Below are positions 47,369-56,196 of a DNA stretch of 64,000 nt, one piece after another (the stretch's first letter is position 1; the number at the start of each line of letters is the position of its first letter). The stretch covers positions 1-64,000 of IMG/VR virus record IMGVR_UViG_3300021976_000010; one strand, given 5' to 3'. The stretch comes from a virus. The notes under the pieces were generated by a model. It was not told where the DNA came from. It searched no databases and saw only the letters and a program-made list of their open reading frames with translations. The translations under genes were made by a program, and so were the position numbers.

Positions 47369-47911
47369 ATGCAAGACGTGATGGTTGATATGGAAACATG
47401 GGGTAAGCGCCCGGGCTGCATGATGCGCAGTCTTGGCGCGGTGTTCTTCGATCCCGAGACCGGGGCACTCGGTGACGAGTTCTACTGCAACATCAGCGAC
47501 GCATCGTGCAAGAAGCTGAAGATGCACAAGGACCCGGACACCGTGGAGTGGTGGGGAAAACCAGACATGGCACTCGCAAACAAGCAACTCGCCGAGGGGC
47601 AGGAGCCTATCGACGAGGTCCTGAAGAAGTTCAACGCCTTCTGGCGTGCGGGCAAGGGCATTCACTTCTGGTCGCAGGGTCTGAACTTCGACGAGCCTCT
47701 GCTGAGCTGGGCATATCACGCGGCCGGATGGCAGGATAAACCCTGGAACTTCAGCAAGGCGCAGGACACGCGAACAGCGTACAGGTTGGCACAGTTCAAC
47801 CCGTACAATATCAAGCGCAACGGCACCTATCACAACGCGCTCGACGACGCCAAGCATCAGGTCGTATGTGTTTCGATGGCAGTGCGCAAGATTCGGGGCA
47901 AGCTGGTATGA
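47369..47911 (+). CDS. DEDDh 3'-5' exonuclease
   Basis: MVDMET, G.NFD, DTRT, HNALDDA..Q. Confidence 0.9.
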   Translation: MQDVMVDMETWGKRPGCMMRSLGAVFFDPETGALGDEFYCNISDASCKKLKMHKDPDTVEWWGKPDMALANKQLAEGQEPIDEVLKKFNAFWRAGKGIHFWSQGLNFDEPLLSWAYHAAGWQDKPWNFSKAQDTRTAYRLAQFNPYNIKRNGTYHNALDDAKHQVVCVSMAVRKIRGKLV

Positions 47912-48093
47912 GGCGCTCACCTGCAGAAGGTGGAATCATGAACGGCGGCCCATTGTCGGGCCGCCGTATGGCGTGGGGCGGGCCTGTCATGCCGATGCAC
48001 GATGATACGGGCCTTGTCATTGGTGCATACTTCTGGATCGAGGATCACTGGGAGTATGAAGCGGAGAGGAGAGGAAATGAACACCAAGAATGA
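47908..48093 (+). CDS. hypothetical protein
   Basis: ATGA coupling; GGPL.G motif. Confidence 0.45.
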   Translation: MRRSPAEGGIMNGGPLSGRRMAWGGPVMPMHDDTGLVIGAYFWIEDHWEYEAERRGNEHQE

Positions 48094-48520
48094 ACAGGAC
48101 GCCTTGCTCAGCCAGTGTCTGGTGGAATTGGGATTTCGGTTGTTCACCGTTCCATCAATGCTTTCTACGGACACGAACATGCAATACTATGTCGTCTATC
48201 CTGCTGTCGAATTTTATATGCACACGAACGGTGATGTATTCGTGTACGACCAGAGTAGACCATGGGATAGTCTAGCCGTGTCTTTCTGGCATAAGACAAC
48301 GACCCGGCATGTTCACAGCGCAGTGCGCACGTGTCGAATGAGCTATCTAGGCTATCTTGATAGAATGCGGCGACGTCGTGCATCTGGGAGCAGTCAGCGT
48401 CGAACGCAGGCGATAGCGTATTACAAGTTGGAACGTGAACTAAGAAGATTCACTGGAGAAAAGGCTATGACAACCGCAGAGCTGCGCAAGTTTGAAAGGG
48501 ATGCAGACGATGCCGCGTAA
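48077..48520 (+). CDS. hypothetical protein
   Basis: GGAGAGG RBS; lower GC. Confidence 0.6.
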   Translation: MNTKNEQDALLSQCLVELGFRLFTVPSMLSTDTNMQYYVVYPAVEFYMHTNGDVFVYDQSRPWDSLAVSFWHKTTTRHVHSAVRTCRMSYLGYLDRMRRRRASGSSQRRTQAIAYYKLERELRRFTGEKAMTTAELRKFERDADDAA

Positions 48521-48671
48521 CTGCTCAAAGTGCGACGCTCTCATGGAGCAGCAAGAGGACGACCCATCAGTCGGTATCACTGGCTGCTGGACATGTACCA
48601 ACTGTGACCACGTCGAGCCTCTCGAGGACGACGATCACTATCTCGACGATTGCTCAAGGGAGGACAGGTGA
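48510..48671 (+). CDS. small zinc-ribbon protein
   Basis: MPRNCSKC...WTCTNC; coupled to the kinase gene via TGATG. Confidence 0.55.
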   Translation: MPRNCSKCDALMEQQEDDPSVGITGCWTCTNCDHVEPLEDDDHYLDDCSREDR

Positions 48672-49663
48672 TGTCTAGACGAGTTACCAAGGCACAGCAG
48701 AAGGGACTCGACGCGTTCTTCGAGTACGCGCGCAAGCGTCATCTGTGCTATATCATGAAGAACGCAGACCCAAGCTGGAAGATCGACGACGATATTCTCA
48801 GTCACTTCAGTTTCTGCAACGTGTTTCGCGAGCTCGACAAGACCACCATCTGGTTTGCCGAGAACGTGCGCAAGCCGCTCGACAAGGAGAAGCACCCGGG
48901 CCTGATACTGGCCACGGTGCTGTTTCGCATGTTCAACCGGATCGAGACCGGCGAGGCCATGTTCTGCGATGATAATCTGCTTGGCGACGCCAGCGCGTTT
49001 CACGAGTTCTACGCGACCGGCAAGACCGCACCGCTGCGCAGGGCCATCATCAACCGGCTCGGCAAGAAGGGACCATATGTCACGGGCTCGTACATCATCG
49101 CAGGCCCGGGCGGCATGTCGAAGCTCGACGGCATGCTAAAGGTGGTCAAGGACTTCCATGACTCGACGGCCGAGTTAGACCTTGTCCAGTCCGACTGGAC
49201 ACTCGCCAACGAACGTATGGAGCTACACAAGTTCTCACTCCAGCAGGCGCATTCGTGGCTTCGTCAGTTCAGCTTCATGGGCACGTTCCACGCATACGAG
49301 ATAGTCACCGATCTGCGGTGGACACACCTGCTTCGCCGCGCCCCCGATATCCATTCGTGGGCGAATCCAGGCCCGGGGTGCAGGCGGGGGTTGAACGTGC
49401 TCATGGGTCGTGATAAGGACGCGCGGGAGTGGACAAACAACGATGAGCTGCTCAACGAGATGAACATAATTCTTGAGGAGTCGACGACGAAACGGCAATG
49501 GCAGGCGTTCGCCGGGCAGATGAATGCCAAGTATCCAAAGCTGAGTACACCATTCTCATGGGAAATGCGTGACGTCGAGCACACGCTATGCGAATTCGAC
49601 AAGTACGAGCGAACGCGGCACGGTGAGGGCAGGCCGCGCGGACGTTATCGGGGACACGAGTAG
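48671..49663 (+). CDS. 5-hydroxymethyluridine DNA kinase (5-HMUDK, aGPT-Pplase1 family)
   Basis: D.IL..F.FCNV.RE.D.TT, LFR.FN..ET, TG.YI, G.F.AYE..TDL, PGPG..RGL, D.EH.LCEFDKY.R...G.GRPR. Confidence 0.88.
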   Translation: MSRRVTKAQQKGLDAFFEYARKRHLCYIMKNADPSWKIDDDILSHFSFCNVFRELDKTTIWFAENVRKPLDKEKHPGLILATVLFRMFNRIETGEAMFCDDNLLGDASAFHEFYATGKTAPLRRAIINRLGKKGPYVTGSYIIAGPGGMSKLDGMLKVVKDFHDSTAELDLVQSDWTLANERMELHKFSLQQAHSWLRQFSFMGTFHAYEIVTDLRWTHLLRRAPDIHSWANPGPGCRRGLNVLMGRDKDAREWTNNDELLNEMNIILEESTTKRQWQAFAGQMNAKYPKLSTPFSWEMRDVEHTLCEFDKYERTRHGEGRPRGRYRGHE

Positions 49664-49744
49664 CACAGGGAGTAGCGTCATGAGTTTCTATGGAGCACTG
49701 TTCATGGGTGTAGTCGTGATACACGTGGCCGCGAGGTACATCGC

Positions 49745-50047
49745 ATGAACGACACGCATGACCCGACGAACGCCACGTTCTACGCGTTCAAGGGCTATAG
49801 CCTCAGCCGCAAATACTACACGCTCGGTCGAGGTCACCTATCGAAGACGGTGTTCGATCCGCGCACGCCTGACAGGCTCGCACAGATACTTCTCGACAAT
49901 GACAATTGCTGGCCCGGTCTGTCTGGTCCGGGTGAGAGTTTCTTTCGCATCGTAATAGGTGACGAGTCTATCGACCATGGGTATCCACTCATGTTCGACC
50001 CTTCACACGGAATGGTGTTTAACACCGAGTCAACCAAGGAGAAGTGA
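49745..50047 (+). CDS. hypothetical protein
   Basis: GAGG RBS; 100 aa. Confidence 0.55.
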   Translation: MNDTHDPTNATFYAFKGYSLSRKYYTLGRGHLSKTVFDPRTPDRLAQILLDNDNCWPGLSGPGESFFRIVIGDESIDHGYPLMFDPSHGMVFNTESTKEK

Positions 50048-50049
50048 CC

Positions 50050-50895
50050 ATGCTGCCCATTTTCATACCGAGCATGGACAGGGCGGGTGCCCTGTTCGGC
50101 AAGATTTCCACGCTCACGCAGATCAAGAAGGTGAAGAATGACGTTCACCTCGTCGTGCCACCGGATCAGGCCACGCGCTACCGCAACGCGCTGTTCAACG
50201 CGGGTCGCGAGGACGTCGTGGTTCTCGAGTGTCCCGAGAAGGGCATCGCCAAGACGCGGCACTGGATCGGCATGCTGTGCAAGAAAAAGAAGTGGGACAA
50301 GTTCGCGATGTTCGACGACGATCTCAACTTCGCGGTGCGCAAGGACACCACTGGCAACGGGCTGCGCATTCAGGAGAACAAGGACGTCGTCGAGATGCTG
50401 GCGTGGATCGACAAGGCGCTCGACAAGTATGCGCATGTCGGCATATCGCCGCGTGATGCGGCCAAGACCGAGAGTGTTCAGACCGGTGACAGGCCGCTCA
50501 TCCTGCTGAACAAGCGCACGCTGCGAACACTGTGCTACCGCACGGATGATTTCCTGTCGGTGAAGCACGGGCGCGTCGACGTCATGGAAGACTTCGACGT
50601 GAATCTGCAACTCATCGAGAAGGGACTGTGGAATGCTCAGACGTACTGGTGGACCAACGACCAGCGCCAGACGGGCAGCCCGGGCGGGTGTGCCAGCTAT
50701 CGCAGTCACGAGGTTCACGAGGCCAGCGCCCGCAAACTGGCCGAGCTGCACGCGCCATTCGTCACGTTGCGCGAGAAGGTCAACAAGGCTCAGGTCGTTA
50801 AGTCCGCAGAGGCATTTCAGAAGCGCACCGAGGTCACCATCTACTGGGAAAAGTGCGCGATGAATGCGGGCTGGAAGAAGGGAGCGGCGAAGTGA
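50050..50895 (+). CDS. GT-A glycosyltransferase of the TET-associated (TAGT/GREB1-like) type
   Basis: IFIPS..R, V..Q...Y, GI..TR.WI, MFDDD, ED....LQL...G, GGC...R. Confidence 0.78.
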   Translation: MLPIFIPSMDRAGALFGKISTLTQIKKVKNDVHLVVPPDQATRYRNALFNAGREDVVVLECPEKGIAKTRHWIGMLCKKKKWDKFAMFDDDLNFAVRKDTTGNGLRIQENKDVVEMLAWIDKALDKYAHVGISPRDAAKTESVQTGDRPLILLNKRTLRTLCYRTDDFLSVKHGRVDVMEDFDVNLQLIEKGLWNAQTYWWTNDQRQTGSPGGCASYRSHEVHEASARKLAELHAPFVTLREKVNKAQVVKSAEAFQKRTEVTIYWEKCAMNAGWKKGAAK

Positions 50896-51911
50896 GCACC
50901 ATCGCACTGTTCTTCTTTCGACCGACGCTAGGCGGCGGCTCGACCACGTTCACGGCACACCTGTACGAAGCGTTGAAGGCGGTTGGCGAAGACCCCATCA
51001 TTCTGCGCGTCGGCAGGACGAGCAGCGGCAAGCGCAAGACGTTCGGCGAATATGCTGGCGTCGAGTACATGAAGGTGGACGTTGCCACGGCAAAGGAGTA
51101 TGTCAAGAGCATGCCCACGCTGATGACAGCGCCTATCGGGGCCAAGGACCTGCCCGAGCCGGATCTCATTCAGCAGCTCATCGCGTTGGGAATGCGGGTG
51201 GTCATCCACGACCCCAACGAGTTTGACATCTTCGACTATCTCGAGGGCGGCAAGTTCAAGTTCAAGAGGCCGCCGTTCTGCATACGACCGACGATGCACC
51301 GCTTCTACCCAGAGGCGGTGTTCATCCATCACCCGTACAAGCCGGTGACTGCTGACATGAGAATCCAGCGCTCGAAGCTGGCCTGCTCAACAGCCCGCAT
51401 CGCGTCGGTGAAGCGGTCGCGAATGCTGCTCGACGCGAACATGGAGGTGCCCAAGGTGCGTCGCATCGAGCTTCGCGGTGCGGAGTACAGGATGTACACC
51501 TACAATCTCATGAAGAAGTATCCACCGGAAATCTTCAAGCAGTCCGGCGGTGAGTTCCAGTTTCCAAAGTCATTCGAGGCACCTGTGCTCGTGGCCGCGG
51601 AATACGAACTCAACTTCGACATGACGCGCTTCCCTGACGACGGCGGCGGAACGCAGTACGCTCAGATGGAGGCGATGAACGCGGGCACCGTCAACGTCAT
51701 GCACGAAGATTGGTGGCGATTCGGCAAGGGCGAGATGGTCCCGGGCAAGCATGTCTTGACGGTCGATGGAATTTCTGCTATCATCGCTCTGCTGAAGAAC
51801 CCACCGTCCAACCATAGGCGCGACGAAATCAACGCCAACTGCGCCACGCTGCTCAAGCGACACGCGCCGAAGCTCATCGGCGGTGCATACCTACAGGAGT
51901 TGAAGCGATGA
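50892..51911 (+). CDS. GT-B-like glycosyltransferase, paralog 1
   Basis: GGG.TT.T.HL, IHDP.E, HPY, STAR...K, DGGGTQY..MEA..AG. Confidence 0.65.
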   Translation: MSTIALFFFRPTLGGGSTTFTAHLYEALKAVGEDPIILRVGRTSSGKRKTFGEYAGVEYMKVDVATAKEYVKSMPTLMTAPIGAKDLPEPDLIQQLIALGMRVVIHDPNEFDIFDYLEGGKFKFKRPPFCIRPTMHRFYPEAVFIHHPYKPVTADMRIQRSKLACSTARIASVKRSRMLLDANMEVPKVRRIELRGAEYRMYTYNLMKKYPPEIFKQSGGEFQFPKSFEAPVLVAAEYELNFDMTRFPDDGGGTQYAQMEAMNAGTVNVMHEDWWRFGKGEMVPGKHVLTVDGISAIIALLKNPPSNHRRDEINANCATLLKRHAPKLIGGAYLQELKR

Positions 51912-52882
51912 AAGAGGTCGCGCTGTTCTCGTGCAATTGGCCGGCTCAGTCAGGGCCTGCCACCTATACCGCCGAGCTGTATCGCGGGCTCAAGCTCGCT
52001 GGGTATACACCCGTCATCTATCGCGTGCGGGATCACGACGAGCAGAAGTTCCGCGCGTATGGTCACTATCGCGACGTCACGTACAAAATTGTGTCCCCCG
52101 CTTCTGCCTTCGGAATTATCAAGCGCATGCCATCGCTTCTCGTGTCGTCTTGCAATCCGAAGGACTTCAACAAGGAGGTTCTGCGCGAGATGCTCAAGCG
52201 GGGGATGCGCGTGGTGATACATGACCCACGCGAGGAGGAGAACTTTGCCTATGGGGTGCCCGAGCGGCCCATCATCATACGACCAGCGGTGAAGAAGCAC
52301 TTCAAGGACGCGGTGTTCATCCCGCACCCGTACACGCCGCGGAACGTGCAGAACGAGGGCAAGCATATCGCCACCTCCACTGCTCGCACCACGTTCATCA
52401 AGCGTACCACGATGATTCTCGAGGCTAATCGCGTTCTCAAGCGCGCGCGGCTTGGCACCGTACAGATCATGGGAGCCGAGAATCGCATGTACGTTCACCA
52501 CGTGCTGCGAGTCAAGTTTCCAGAGTACAAGTCGCCGCCGTTTCAGTGGTTCGACAAGGGAGCCGAGGTCGCCGCGCTAGGTCGCTTCAACGTCGACTTC
52601 ACGGGTGTGAAGGCGGACGGCGGTGGAACGCAGTACACAACGCTTGAGGCCTGGGATGCCGGCTCTATTCCCATCATCCATGAAGACTGGATGCGCTTCA
52701 AGGGCGAAATGGAGCCGGGCAAGAACTGCTATGCCGTGGACGGCGCGAAGGGCTTGGCGGAGTTGCTACAGCACGGCGAAAAGAAGTATAATGCAGCGAT
52801 GGTGAAGCGCGGGCGCGAGGGCCTCACCATTCACGACAGTCGCACCATAGCGCGTAGAACAATGAAAGAGGTCACACGATGA
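51908..52882 (+). CDS. GT-B-like glycosyltransferase, paralog 2
   Basis: Shares GMRVVIHDP, AVFI.HPY.P, STAR, GAE.RMY and DGGGTQY..LEA..AG with the upstream gene. Confidence 0.65.
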   Translation: MKEVALFSCNWPAQSGPATYTAELYRGLKLAGYTPVIYRVRDHDEQKFRAYGHYRDVTYKIVSPASAFGIIKRMPSLLVSSCNPKDFNKEVLREMLKRGMRVVIHDPREEENFAYGVPERPIIIRPAVKKHFKDAVFIPHPYTPRNVQNEGKHIATSTARTTFIKRTTMILEANRVLKRARLGTVQIMGAENRMYVHHVLRVKFPEYKSPPFQWFDKGAEVAALGRFNVDFTGVKADGGGTQYTTLEAWDAGSIPIIHEDWMRFKGEMEPGKNCYAVDGAKGLAELLQHGEKKYNAAMVKRGREGLTIHDSRTIARRTMKEVTR

Positions 52883-53916
52883 AGTATCCAAGGCAAGAGC
52901 CGCCGAACGCGGTGCAGATCGAGCTCGTCGAGGGCTGCAATCTGCGCTGCGCAGTGTGCGGGCTGAACGGCATTCGTGGCAAGGCCAACGACTACAAGGC
53001 CATGGAAACCGCCACGCTCAAGTCCGCTATCGAGCAGATGGTTGCGCTCGACTGGAATCCACGCATCGAGTTTGCCATGCACGGCGAGCCCTCGATGCAC
53101 CCGGATTTCAACGCGATGGTAAGAGTCGCGCGCGAGGTGGGTCCGCGCTTCCAGATCATGATGACATCGAACGGCGGCGGCTTCTTGAGTAAGCCCGGGC
53201 CGCTCGCAAAGGTGAGGGGCTTCTTCGAGGCCGGGGGCAACGTGCTTGCGTTCGACGACTATGAGAACGCCAATCTCGTACCAAAGATTCGCAAGGCACT
53301 GGAGCCCTACACGGAACAGGCGATAGACTCGGCCTGCGCCGCGATACTCTCGTTCAAGGGTGGTCCGGCTGTTGATGTCTACGAATATCCACAGATGAGG
53401 GAGGGTAATCCTCACACGCGCGGCCACGTGAGCGAGAGTAGGCTCGTGTTCATCCAAGACCTGATCACCGCCAGCAAGGGCACACATTCCCACGTGAACA
53501 ATCACGCGGGCGCGGGCGGGCCGCCGAACGAGAAGGGGCAGGGCAAGCGGTGTGCGAAACCGTTCCGAGAGCTGAGCATTCGCTGGGACGGCAACGTCGC
53601 GGTGTGCTGCAACGATTGGCGCGGCATCTACCAGTGCGGCAACGTAGTCAAGGACGGGCTCGACGCGGTGTGGAACGGCAGGGCCATGGGTGCAGCGCGC
53701 GTGAAACTGTATCACCGCGAACGCGACTTCGGCCCGTGCGAGGGCTGCGACGCGCTCAGCACGCGAGTTGGCCTGCTTCCCGACAAGCTGGGGAAAGAGG
53801 AAATGCCGAAGCCTGACGCTGGCGTCAAGCGCGATATCGCGGCGGCCTTGGCCAAGGGGCCGTTCACCAAACCCGTGCTCCGACCGTGGGAGGTGACCAG
53901 TGGTAAATCGAAGTGA
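52879..53916 (+). CDS. radical SAM protein with SPASM/twitch domain
   Basis: CNLRCAVC, GEP..HP, TSNG; C.KPF.E..I.WDG.V..CC.D...GN...W...C..C. Confidence 0.9.
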   Translation: MKYPRQEPPNAVQIELVEGCNLRCAVCGLNGIRGKANDYKAMETATLKSAIEQMVALDWNPRIEFAMHGEPSMHPDFNAMVRVAREVGPRFQIMMTSNGGGFLSKPGPLAKVRGFFEAGGNVLAFDDYENANLVPKIRKALEPYTEQAIDSACAAILSFKGGPAVDVYEYPQMREGNPHTRGHVSESRLVFIQDLITASKGTHSHVNNHAGAGGPPNEKGQGKRCAKPFRELSIRWDGNVAVCCNDWRGIYQCGNVVKDGLDAVWNGRAMGAARVKLYHRERDFGPCEGCDALSTRVGLLPDKLGKEEMPKPDAGVKRDIAAALAKGPFTKPVLRPWEVTSGKSK

Positions 53917-54256
53917 GACCAGCGATACCCGAGTGGTCTACGGGTTCTTCTGCTCGTGGTGGGGCGGCATCGAGGAGATTGGCAGGCACCACACTGCCAA
54001 GGAGGGAGATCCACACCCGCTGCCCGGGTGTCCGCACTGTCGCAACGGATTGTTGCAAGTGGACAGCGCCGAGGTGTGGTGGACCGGCGTCGAGAAGGTG
54101 AACGCTAAAACACCGGGCTACAAGGACTTCATCTCGTGGCTCAAGGGCAAGTGCTACCGCGACGAGGGCGGCGTGTCTGGCTTCAGACGCGCGCTCGCCG
54201 CGTATAACGAGAATGAGGCCAATCGGCCCGGTCGCGTGAAGGTGGTGCTGCCATGA
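53900..54256 (+). CDS. hypothetical Cys-containing protein (start uncertain)
   Basis: C.WW...P.CPHC...L; coupled to the next gene. Confidence 0.6.
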   Translation: MVNRSETSDTRVVYGFFCSWWGGIEEIGRHHTAKEGDPHPLPGCPHCRNGLLQVDSAEVWWTGVEKVNAKTPGYKDFISWLKGKCYRDEGGVSGFRRALAAYNENEANRPGRVKVVLP

Positions 54257-54507
54257 GTATGAGCTTCTACGAGGGCAAGGTCGTCGAGTTCATGTACATC
54301 AACCATCGCGGCGTCGAGGAGATTCGTCGCGTGGTGCCGCGCTACATATTCCACGGGAACTCCAAGTGGCACCCGATGGAGCCGAAGCAGTGGTTTCTCG
54401 TGGCAACCTGCCTCGACCGGCAGGCTGACCGGCACTTCAAGTTCTCGGCCGACAACATGAAGGGCTGGGATATCAGCGAAGATCAGACCCTGCCGTGGAG
54501 GGCGTGA
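54253..54507 (+). CDS. stand-alone WYL-domain protein
   Basis: F.Y.N.RG....R.V.P..I..G...WH....WFL.A.C.DRQA.R.F. Confidence 0.7.
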   Translation: MSMSFYEGKVVEFMYINHRGVEEIRRVVPRYIFHGNSKWHPMEPKQWFLVATCLDRQADRHFKFSADNMKGWDISEDQTLPWRA

Positions 54508-54510
54508 TGA

Positions 54511-54828
54511 ATGGCAAAGAAGGTAGTCGCAAAGAAGAAATCCGCAGTGTCGGCAAAGAAGGCCGCCCCAAAGGCCGCCACATCACGCTCTGGGTCCTCG
54601 ACGACCCAGTCACGACCTACACCACGAGCAGCCGCGTCCTCGCCGGAAAAGATATCTACGAAGAGTTTATCCGCCGAAACAATGAGCACGTGGCACAAGA
54701 GCGTCGCGCGCGCAGCCGGGCAAATCTCCTTGACACTGTCTCGGCGGCGTCGCTCCGCAACATTCGTTGATGATCTGCTGGAGCTGCTCGCTCCAGTAGT
54801 GGAAGAAATGCGCACGTATCAACAATAG
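54511..54828 (+). CDS. basic Lys/Ala/Ser-rich protein
   Basis: MAKKVVAKKKSAVSAKKAAPKAA; an overlapping alternative frame (54495-54770) exists. Confidence 0.5.
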   Translation: MAKKVVAKKKSAVSAKKAAPKAATSRSGSSTTQSRPTPRAAASSPEKISTKSLSAETMSTWHKSVARAAGQISLTLSRRRRSATFVDDLLELLAPVVEEMRTYQQ

Positions 54829-54838
54829 GGAGGCCATC

Positions 54839-55072
54839 ATGGCTGGAAGCTACGGACATGTTACGAACGCTGACGGAACCTATCGCGGAGTTGCTCTGCT
54901 CGAGAACATGGGCGACATGCACGAGGCGGTCGAGGAGATGTGGTTCATGATCCATAACCTCGCTGGCGGCGATCAGACGAAGATCAAGGCAGCGAGCGAC
55001 GCATATTTCATGTGTCTGCGCGGGGAGACGCCTTGGCCGGTAGCCATGTTGGAGACGAAGAGCAATGAGTAA
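54839..55072 (+). CDS. hypothetical protein
   Basis: GGGAGG RBS. Confidence 0.65.
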   Translation: MAGSYGHVTNADGTYRGVALLENMGDMHEAVEEMWFMIHNLAGGDQTKIKAASDAYFMCLRGETPWPVAMLETKSNE

Positions 55073-55325
55073 CATCGGGCTCACCGAGTGGGAAGTCGAA
55101 GAGATACGCAGGGAGGCGGCGGCAAGCGAAATGAACATCATCACGATCTACCTCAAGGGAAACTACGCGCGGCTCGGGCCGCATAGTGGTGCAGACTGGG
55201 ACAGGGGCTATCTCGCCAACGAGACCAACGTCGCTGTCACAATAGCCGACAACGAGTACGGGCTCAATCAACGATGCTACATGCGCAACGACATCGCACG
55301 AATCGAGCACACCGGGCACTGGTGA
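55065..55325 (+). CDS. hypothetical protein
   Basis: Overlapping start; GGAG upstream. Confidence 0.55.
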   Translation: MSNIGLTEWEVEEIRREAAASEMNIITIYLKGNYARLGPHSGADWDRGYLANETNVAVTIADNEYGLNQRCYMRNDIARIEHTGHW

Positions 55326-55338
55326 CGCTCGCAGTCGG

Positions 55339-55401
55339 TTATACAAAGTTATACACAGGCGCGCACCGGGGCTTGTTCTGGTGCGGCCTGTGCGGGAGAA
55401 T
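55339..55401 (+). promoter_or_regulatory. tandem DnaA-box-like sites plus sigma70-like promoter
   Basis: TTATACAAA (55339-55347), TTATACACA (55349-55357), TTGTTC-N17-GAGAAT (55373-55401). Confidence 0.6.
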
Positions 55402-55430
55402 AGGGCTTCACAAGCGAACAGGGTATATCC

Positions 55431-55877
55431 ATGCGTCCAGTATTGATTGGGATGAACAATCCAGTGAGCAGCGAGCCGGAGCACGCGCTGTTCCCGTATC
55501 CAGAGGGCTGCACCGGGCACCGTCTTCTAGCGATGCTTCAATCGCGCGTTCCGAAGGCCACTCGTCGCGAGTATTGCGCGCGGTTCGACCGGCGCAACGT
55601 GGTCAGCGCCAAGGTGTTCGACAGCAAGATGGCGCAGAAAGGAGCGGCAGACCTGTTCAATGAGTTCTTCGGCTCTGGACGCACGGTCGTTCTGCTCGGG
55701 GCTGACACCGTGGCGGCATTCGGCATCCCCCGGCTGCTGATTCACCCGCAGATGATCGGGGGAGCCACGTATCGGCAGATACCACACCCGAGCGGGCGCA
55801 ATCTTTGGTACAACGTTGACGAGAACAAGGTGCTCGTCTCAATGCTCTTGGAGGATCTCTACAATGGCGCAGTCTGA
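55431..55877 (+). CDS. uracil-DNA glycosylase superfamily protein
   Basis: LIG.N.P, G.RL, N, VVLLG...A.AF, PHPSGRN.WYN. Confidence 0.7.
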   Translation: MRPVLIGMNNPVSSEPEHALFPYPEGCTGHRLLAMLQSRVPKATRREYCARFDRRNVVSAKVFDSKMAQKGAADLFNEFFGSGRTVVLLGADTVAAFGIPRLLIHPQMIGGATYRQIPHPSGRNLWYNVDENKVLVSMLLEDLYNGAV

Positions 55878-56196
55878 TGATGAATGTTCGTGCATCGGTG
55901 AACTGGAACAGCTCCATCTTGCTGACCAGTACGCCGAGCAGGTTGCCTGCGAATTCGTAGAGACTTTTGGTGGAGTGTGCCCATCGATGCTGGACTACGT
56001 GACCGAGAGAATCATTGCTCGACTCGTGCACGTGGCCGTCATGAATCGCGACGAGAACCTGATCGTCAGCGAGCGCAAGACGCTCGATGCGACAGCCGAC
56101 TATATCTTCAGGCTCAGCAAGACTGCACCGGCTACCCTGAAGATTATCATGGACGATGCAGCACGAAAAGGAGAACCGGCGAATGCGAGTAATTGA
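55864..56196 (+). CDS. hypothetical protein
   Basis: GGAGG RBS; fills the gap. Confidence 0.55.
   Translation: MAQSDDECSCIGELEQLHLADQYAEQVACEFVETFGGVCPSMLDYVTERIIARLVHVAVMNRDENLIVSERKTLDATADYIFRLSKTAPATLKIIMDDAARKGEPANASN

Noticed and set aside
52879-53916. QueE/7-deazaguanine pathway
   Set aside because: The protein has a SPASM-type C-terminus, and no DpdA, FolE, QueC or QueD is recognisable
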